A stretch of 59,510 nucleotides of DNA, counting the filler, from Catajapyx aquilonaris (Eukaryota), in the NCBI GenBank assembly GCA_000934665.2. It is 3 parts of 3 records of this genome, joined end to end, with 100 filler letters (N's around TTAATTAATTAA, not from the genome) between each part and the next. Parts side by side here need not be neighbours in the genome. Positions count along the whole stretch, not along the records: positions 39,753 to 59,510 come from JYFJ02006398.1; 2 more parts are not named here. One strand, written 5' to 3'. The notes under the pieces were generated by a model. The model worked only from the letters and a program-made list of their open reading frames with translations. It did not search any database and was not told where the DNA came from. The translations under genes and the position numbers were made by a program. Positions 54,168 to 59,510 of this stretch are shown here, piece after piece (positions within the stretch are counted from its first letter, which is position 1; each line of letters starts with the position of its first letter).

Positions 54168-55935
54168 GAGGGGCGTTCATAAAGTTCGCGACTTTTCCTT
54201 GAAAAACAAGAGGTAGGCAAAGAATGATATTTTATTTTCAACATAGTCGCCTTTTATGTTATTAAGCTTTGTCTCGAGTTTCTCCCATTTTTCTATCCGA
54301 TCCTTTAAAAAAATGTTTTTGAAACCCCACCCAACACCTCCTCCACACCAGAAATCACTCCATAGACAGATCCATGGACCCTTCCATAAAGTTGATTTTG
54401 ATGTTGGGGAATAGGAAAAGGCTGATAGTTTCGTTTTGTAGCACTAACCGTGCGAAAAAGTCATCCTTGTCGCAGAAACAAAATCCCGAGTTGGTCTGTG
54501 ACAGCTCAGCTTGAGTGGCAAACTGTGAGGCTGAGCGGTACCCAATGAGAGGAGACTTAGCTGGGGCGAAGGTGTTGATGAAGGATGGTATCCACCATAG
54601 CCAAACCGATGGTCAGGACCTCTGTTATGTACCACACCGTAACTGCTTGTCTCCCATTACCATGGTCTCCACAGCAGAGATGTTTTCCTCTGTCCCAGCA
54701 ATCGCTGGCCTCCCCGAATGGGGGTCATCTTTCATGATCTCTTTCCCACACTTGAAACATACGACCCATCTCGTAGCCTTTGGGTATGATGGACAACAGC
54801 CCCTCATTGTCTCTAGCATGTCTTTATAATGAAGACCACAATGCAATAAGGGCCCATCTGTCAATTTTTACAGAAATGCTTTTATGGCATATTGTACTTC
54901 CTCTGGTGGATGTCCATCCGTATAAAATGCAAGAAGAGCCAGAATGTCACTACTAGTAATGCCTGAAAAAGGCTTCTAAACATCGCCGGACCAAAACGCG
55001 ACTTCTCGACGTGGTTGTCACTTTTGAAAAGGGCGATTTTAATACACTACAAGTGACCCGCGATTTGAAAATAGCGGTGATTTTTAAGCGCAACGTGAAT
55101 TTTGTCTAAGCGCTACTTTTAAAGGAGATGCGTTACTTTACCATTAGAATGTTCCCCTCTGAGGAGCAGTGCTAAACCTAGTGGAAGATAAAGTAGACTT
55201 GTAGGTCTGTATGTCACTAAATAAGCTTTGACCTACGCCCTCGGGAAGTGGTCAAAAATGGCTGCTACTTATAAGGTAGACCTAGGTGGCACGGAGACCA
55301 AAAAAAACAACATTAAATTTAATTAAATATAATGTGTAATTACTATGAAACAAATAGTGTGTCTCCTGTATATTATAATCATTCATTTTATCTTGAGATG
55401 GTTTATCTCTCCATATTTAAGCCAAATGAACGACACAACGCAAGAATGACCCAATTGCATTAAACCCAATGAGCATTAAACGTATTTCAATGAAATATAA
55501 ATTACATGGGCATTTCAATGAAATTGTTGTAAGGTATTCATGTTGTGTATATGTATATCTATCATTAGGTTTAGAGCACAATTGCCTACCATGAACAGAA
55601 ACAGAAATAAATAGTTTCTTTTTTTTTTCGATTCCTGGACATTTTCTATTTTCACAATTGGGCCCTTATTGCATTGTGGTCTTCAAATATCCACAGTGCT
55701 CATCCTCTTCAAAGTGAGATATTTGATGACAGAATGATGCTCACTGTCAGTGTTGTCTGTGCAGAAGACTCGCTGCATTTTGCACTGCTCTCAATTTTTC
55801 CTCCCTTTTATATGATTCATATAGGGATTGTGAAATATCCTGTGATCAACCCAAGAATGCCTCTAATTGGCCCCATTTTAATATCGAATATCAAACTCCT
55901 TCATGAAAAAGTCGCGAACTTTATGAACGCCCCTC
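54168..55935 (-). mobile_element. Degenerate mariner transposon interrupted by a MITE
   Basis: 29-bp perfect TIRs GAGGGGCGTTCATAAAGTTCGCGACTTTT (54168-54196 / 55907-55935). Transposase remnants PSY..ATRWVVCFKCGKEIMKDDPHSGRP and C-terminal GDYVE (~54237-54251). Confidence 0.88.
54831..55684. mobile_element. Non-autonomous TIR element nested in the mariner
   Basis: 26-bp perfect TIRs GAAGACCACAATGCAATAAGGGCCCA (54831-54856 / 55659-55684), flanks TAAT / AAAT. Confidence 0.8.
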
Positions 55936-56461
55936 GTCCTACTTGTTAATAAAAAAAAGCAGCACAAGGAGGTTAATTATCCATACAAACTCATTTTAAT
56001 CTCGAATCAGTCTCAAACAGCTCACCAAGAAATCACAACAATAAGCAGTATGAATACAGTGGATCAATGTCACTGACTGGTCCTAGGGAAGCGCAGACAC
56101 TCACCACACAAGTATGTCACTTATTTCAACACCACCAGTGTATAAGTATGATTGCAACAATGTGAAGTAGTAACCACTGCATGTGACTACATGCAAAAAA
56201 TCACTGTCAGTCATAAATTTCAAGTATGTCCACATGATATTGCACAAAACCGATCATAACAACATATATTCCATAACTTTACAAACATTAATGTCATCTT
56301 TTTTACCCAGAAGTGGTTTGCTTCTTATAGCACCTTTGTCATATGAGTGACAAGAATGGAGGAGTTCCTGCTGTAAAGACAAGCTCAAAGCATCTTTAAA
56401 CTTTCATGCCTGCTAGACTGACTTTCTGCAGCACACCTACATGATGATTCAAATGACCACT

Positions 56462-56688
56462 TGAAATGCAGAACAATCAGTCACATGGGGCTAATTTTGA
56501 TATTTGAGGTTTTAAGCTTGAAAATTGCATTCACCTATAAGGGAGTAACTGTTTGAAGAAGTTTTTCAAGGGGACTGTAATTTACCTGTCAAGAAACTAA
56601 CATACCAATCAGAAAGTGCACATCATGGAACATCAAACAATGCTTAATTCAATTTAGACCAAAATGTGACTGATCATTCTGCATTTCA
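56462..56688. repeat. Inverted repeat pair, probable MITE remnant
   Basis: TGAAATGCAGAACAATCAGTCACAT / ATGTGACTGATCATTCTGCATTTCA (2 mismatches). Confidence 0.5.
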
Positions 56689-59323
56689 GGTCTTCATATC
56701 AATAAAAAACCCAAGTTTTGGTTGCAGATCATGAATAATTTAAGGTGTCCAATTATTCCCAGGTGTGGTCAAATATATCAGCTGGTGATATAATGGGAAT
56801 AGTTCAGCACCTCAATCGTGGGGCAAAAAGCTACACAAAAATAACAACTTCAGGCGAAATTTGTGATAACTAAAAGAATCCGAATACTTGGAACACACTG
56901 CATGTGCTGAACATGATGACAGTGAAAGTAGAGCTACAGTTCACTCAAGAAGTCCGGGGACAAAAGAAGGTCTGGACAGAAGAGTACACATGATTTTGGG
57001 CGTTTGGTGGGGGAAACAATGTGCCAGGACAGACTAGTTCTTGCCCATTGGTGGAGAGAAAAGTGGAAGGTGATGACCACAAAGAGAAAAGAGAAGGGGG
57101 AGACGGGATGGGGGAAACTTGGCCACGCCTTTTGTCGCCGGACTTCTTGAGTGAACTGTAGATGTTGGTGGTAGGCATCTCATGTAAGTTCTGGAATCAA
57201 GCTTGGCTTCACTACCTTCAGCATGCCAATTATTGTGTAGACACTGGAGAACATTTGTGCCTTAAGGGAGAAATCTTGGGCATCCTAAATTCTAAAAGGC
57301 TTCTGTATATCCTGATGTCATGCCTTTTACAAAAGGGATTTCTACTCTGGAACATTTATTGATGGGAGCAGCCAATGCAACTCCTACCATTTCCTCATGG
57401 AGATCCCCATGCTGTTAAATCAGCATATCAGTAGGTTCGTGGGTTGCCACTATGCTGTAGATTCAGCGCTGGTGCCATTCCTTCAGTTACTTCAGTCACA
57501 AATCTCACCATGCGACACACAGCGAACCTGGCGGCGGACCAAGCCTCCCAAACTGCCAGTTCAAATCGAGTCTAGTCTCCAAGGCTATGGGCGATGTCAC
57601 AAGTGCTTCTAAATGAAGAGTTGGCTGTTAGGGTCACTCCTTGTCAACTTGTAGGAGCGGAGGGGTGGGACTCTACAACACTATGCAATAAGAGGGGGAG
57701 TTTCCAGAGTGTTCCAGAGTTAGAGTGACCGTTGGACTGACCTCTTCTTGAATCCACAAGGTTCAGCTTACAGTCAGTGCATGCATGACTGAGCTTATAT
57801 AGGGGAAAGTTCCCAAATGTCGACCCTTACGTTTTGTTTTCTTGTTAGGAAACATATGAATGCAGCAACACAAATGTTCCAAAAAGTATCAGTCTGCAAC
57901 ATACAGACCCACATTCTGTTTTGGACATCCAAGCGTGTCTCCAGGCTGCTGTGATTTAGACAAAACACAGATGGCAGCAAATGTGATCGGTTAGGTTGGT
58001 TCATTAAGCTGAAACTACCAAGGGAGAAACGTCCAATGAAGCTGAGATTTTGCACATAGGTGTATTGGTCAAGCCTAACGAAGGGTCCGAGATTTTAGGC
58101 TTCCATTTAAAATAGAAGATGCTCACTGCTAATTATTCGCATACGTTTCTAACGAACAAACACTTCAAAATGACACACTTTGGTTGTAGAACACAAACAG
58201 GACAGTGATACAGGTCGATCATAGGTCATTTCTTTCCCTGTGATATATGAAAGACAAATGTCTCTCTTCTTCACATGACCACAACAGCCACCCACCCGAT
58301 GGCAATGCACGTTACATGCACGAAAACCGGAGAGGGAACGCTTTGAAAAACAACCGATTCTGGGCCACTGGGGAGGGCATGGTTGGAAAGTAATATGGCA
58401 AGCAAACTACGGGGCATATGCTTGCTTTCTCTGTGCTTAAATTCCGCATGCCTTGAGATTTTAAAATGGCATCTCATGTCCCCTTTTCCAGGGAATTGTC
58501 CATAACTTAATTGCTTGGAAATGATCATTAATACTAGCATGTGTCGCAGTCTACTGTGTTTAAAAATTTACTGGTGTCAACGGTTGTAAAATGCACAGAT
58601 ACTCAAACCAGCACTGCAACTCATCAATTCCTTCTTTGTGACAGTTTCCTACTGTTGCTGGCATGTTGCAACATGTTACAGCCAAGATAGCATGGTAGTC
58701 AAAATTAGGCGCATGGTTGAAATATGAAAATTTCCCCTATACTAATTTTTATTTCTCTCTTTTTCTGCCACTGTTGTTTATTTCGCCTTGGCCAACTGAT
58801 GCTTGATTGTGGCAGTACTTCCACATGGTTTCCATGTCCAAACAACCACATAATGGTCTTGACTTGTGGCTGTCATTAGTGCTCACTGCCAGCCACTCAT
58901 GGCTCATGGCTTAAGGATTGGACAGTAAGTCAGAACACACTGTGCTGCCCTGGATATACCAAATCCACAGGACTCTGACAGTACCTAGCAAAATCCAGTA
59001 CCATGGTATATCTGACACTGGCTGGCCTTACGTGCCAGGTGTTCGTAAGTCCTTCAGTCTATACCCCACCATGGTCTCCAGGCAATTCAGATAAAGTTTT
59101 TGGGGTAGGAAACACACAAAGAGATGTGCCAGCCTTTCCTCTTTTTTTTCTCTTCAATTCTATCTCCATCTGCCTCACCCATGTATCTTCAGAGAGTCTT
59201 AGTTGCTTTGGCTCCTTCCAAGTACGACAAAACAAAAAGCAGGTGGGCTATGATTGGTTATTGAACCATATGATGCCACCACTGCACAACCTTCCTCTTA
59301 TTTGGCAGTTTGGTGGGTATCTA

Positions 59324-59510
59324 GCCGGCCTTGGTGGACTAGTGGTTAGCGTGCTCGCCTCTGGTCCCAAGGTTGTGGGTTTGAACCCGGCCGAGGTTGG
59401 TGACTTTTCCCCTGGTGGTAGAAAAGTGAGAGTGCGCCTTCCTTCGGAGGGGAAGTAAAGCCGTCGGTCCCGTGTGCTTGTGACATTGCGCGAGTGCACG
59501 TTAAAGATCC
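59324..59510 (+). mobile_element. tRNA-derived SINE (runs off the window end)
   Basis: A box TGGTGGACTAGTGG and B box GGTTTGAACCC, followed by a non-tRNA core CCTTCCTTCGGAGGGGAAGTAAAGCCGTCGGTCCC. Confidence 0.8.

Noticed and set aside
59324..59400. Possible tRNA gene (also 49340-49411)
   Set aside because: Degenerate cloverleaf that continues into a SINE body with no poly-T terminator

Overview
Eukaryotic, arthropod-type (probably insect) genomic DNA made of three apparently unrelated ~19.7-kb contigs (1-19815, 19916-39652, 39753-59510) joined by artificial N44-TTAATTAATTAA-N44 linkers. Contig 1 carries the first seven coding exons (signal peptide and amino-terminal domain) of a kainate-type ionotropic glutamate receptor. 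Contig 2 is gene-dense with mostly 50-100-nt introns: a TRAIP/NOPO-like RING gene (-) with a head-to-head decayed copy, an intact but catalytically remodelled FPPS-like gene (+), COG5 (+), PAIP1 (-), a minisatellite block, choline transporter-like 1 (-) and an RPA34/POLR1G-like gene (+). Contig 3 shows no host gene that I can recognise. It consists of repeats: a modular repeat with an inverted ~650-bp cassette, MITEs, two tRNA-derived SINEs, and R1-like LINE, Academ-like, P-element-like and mariner remnants. The best lead is the FPPS paralogue: it has lost most IPP-binding basic residues and the chain-length aromatics but keeps an open five-exon ORF, the pattern of insect IDS-derived terpene synthases. 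All gene models were built by eye from GT-AG sites and frame continuity, and product calls rest on remembered motifs, not database searches.
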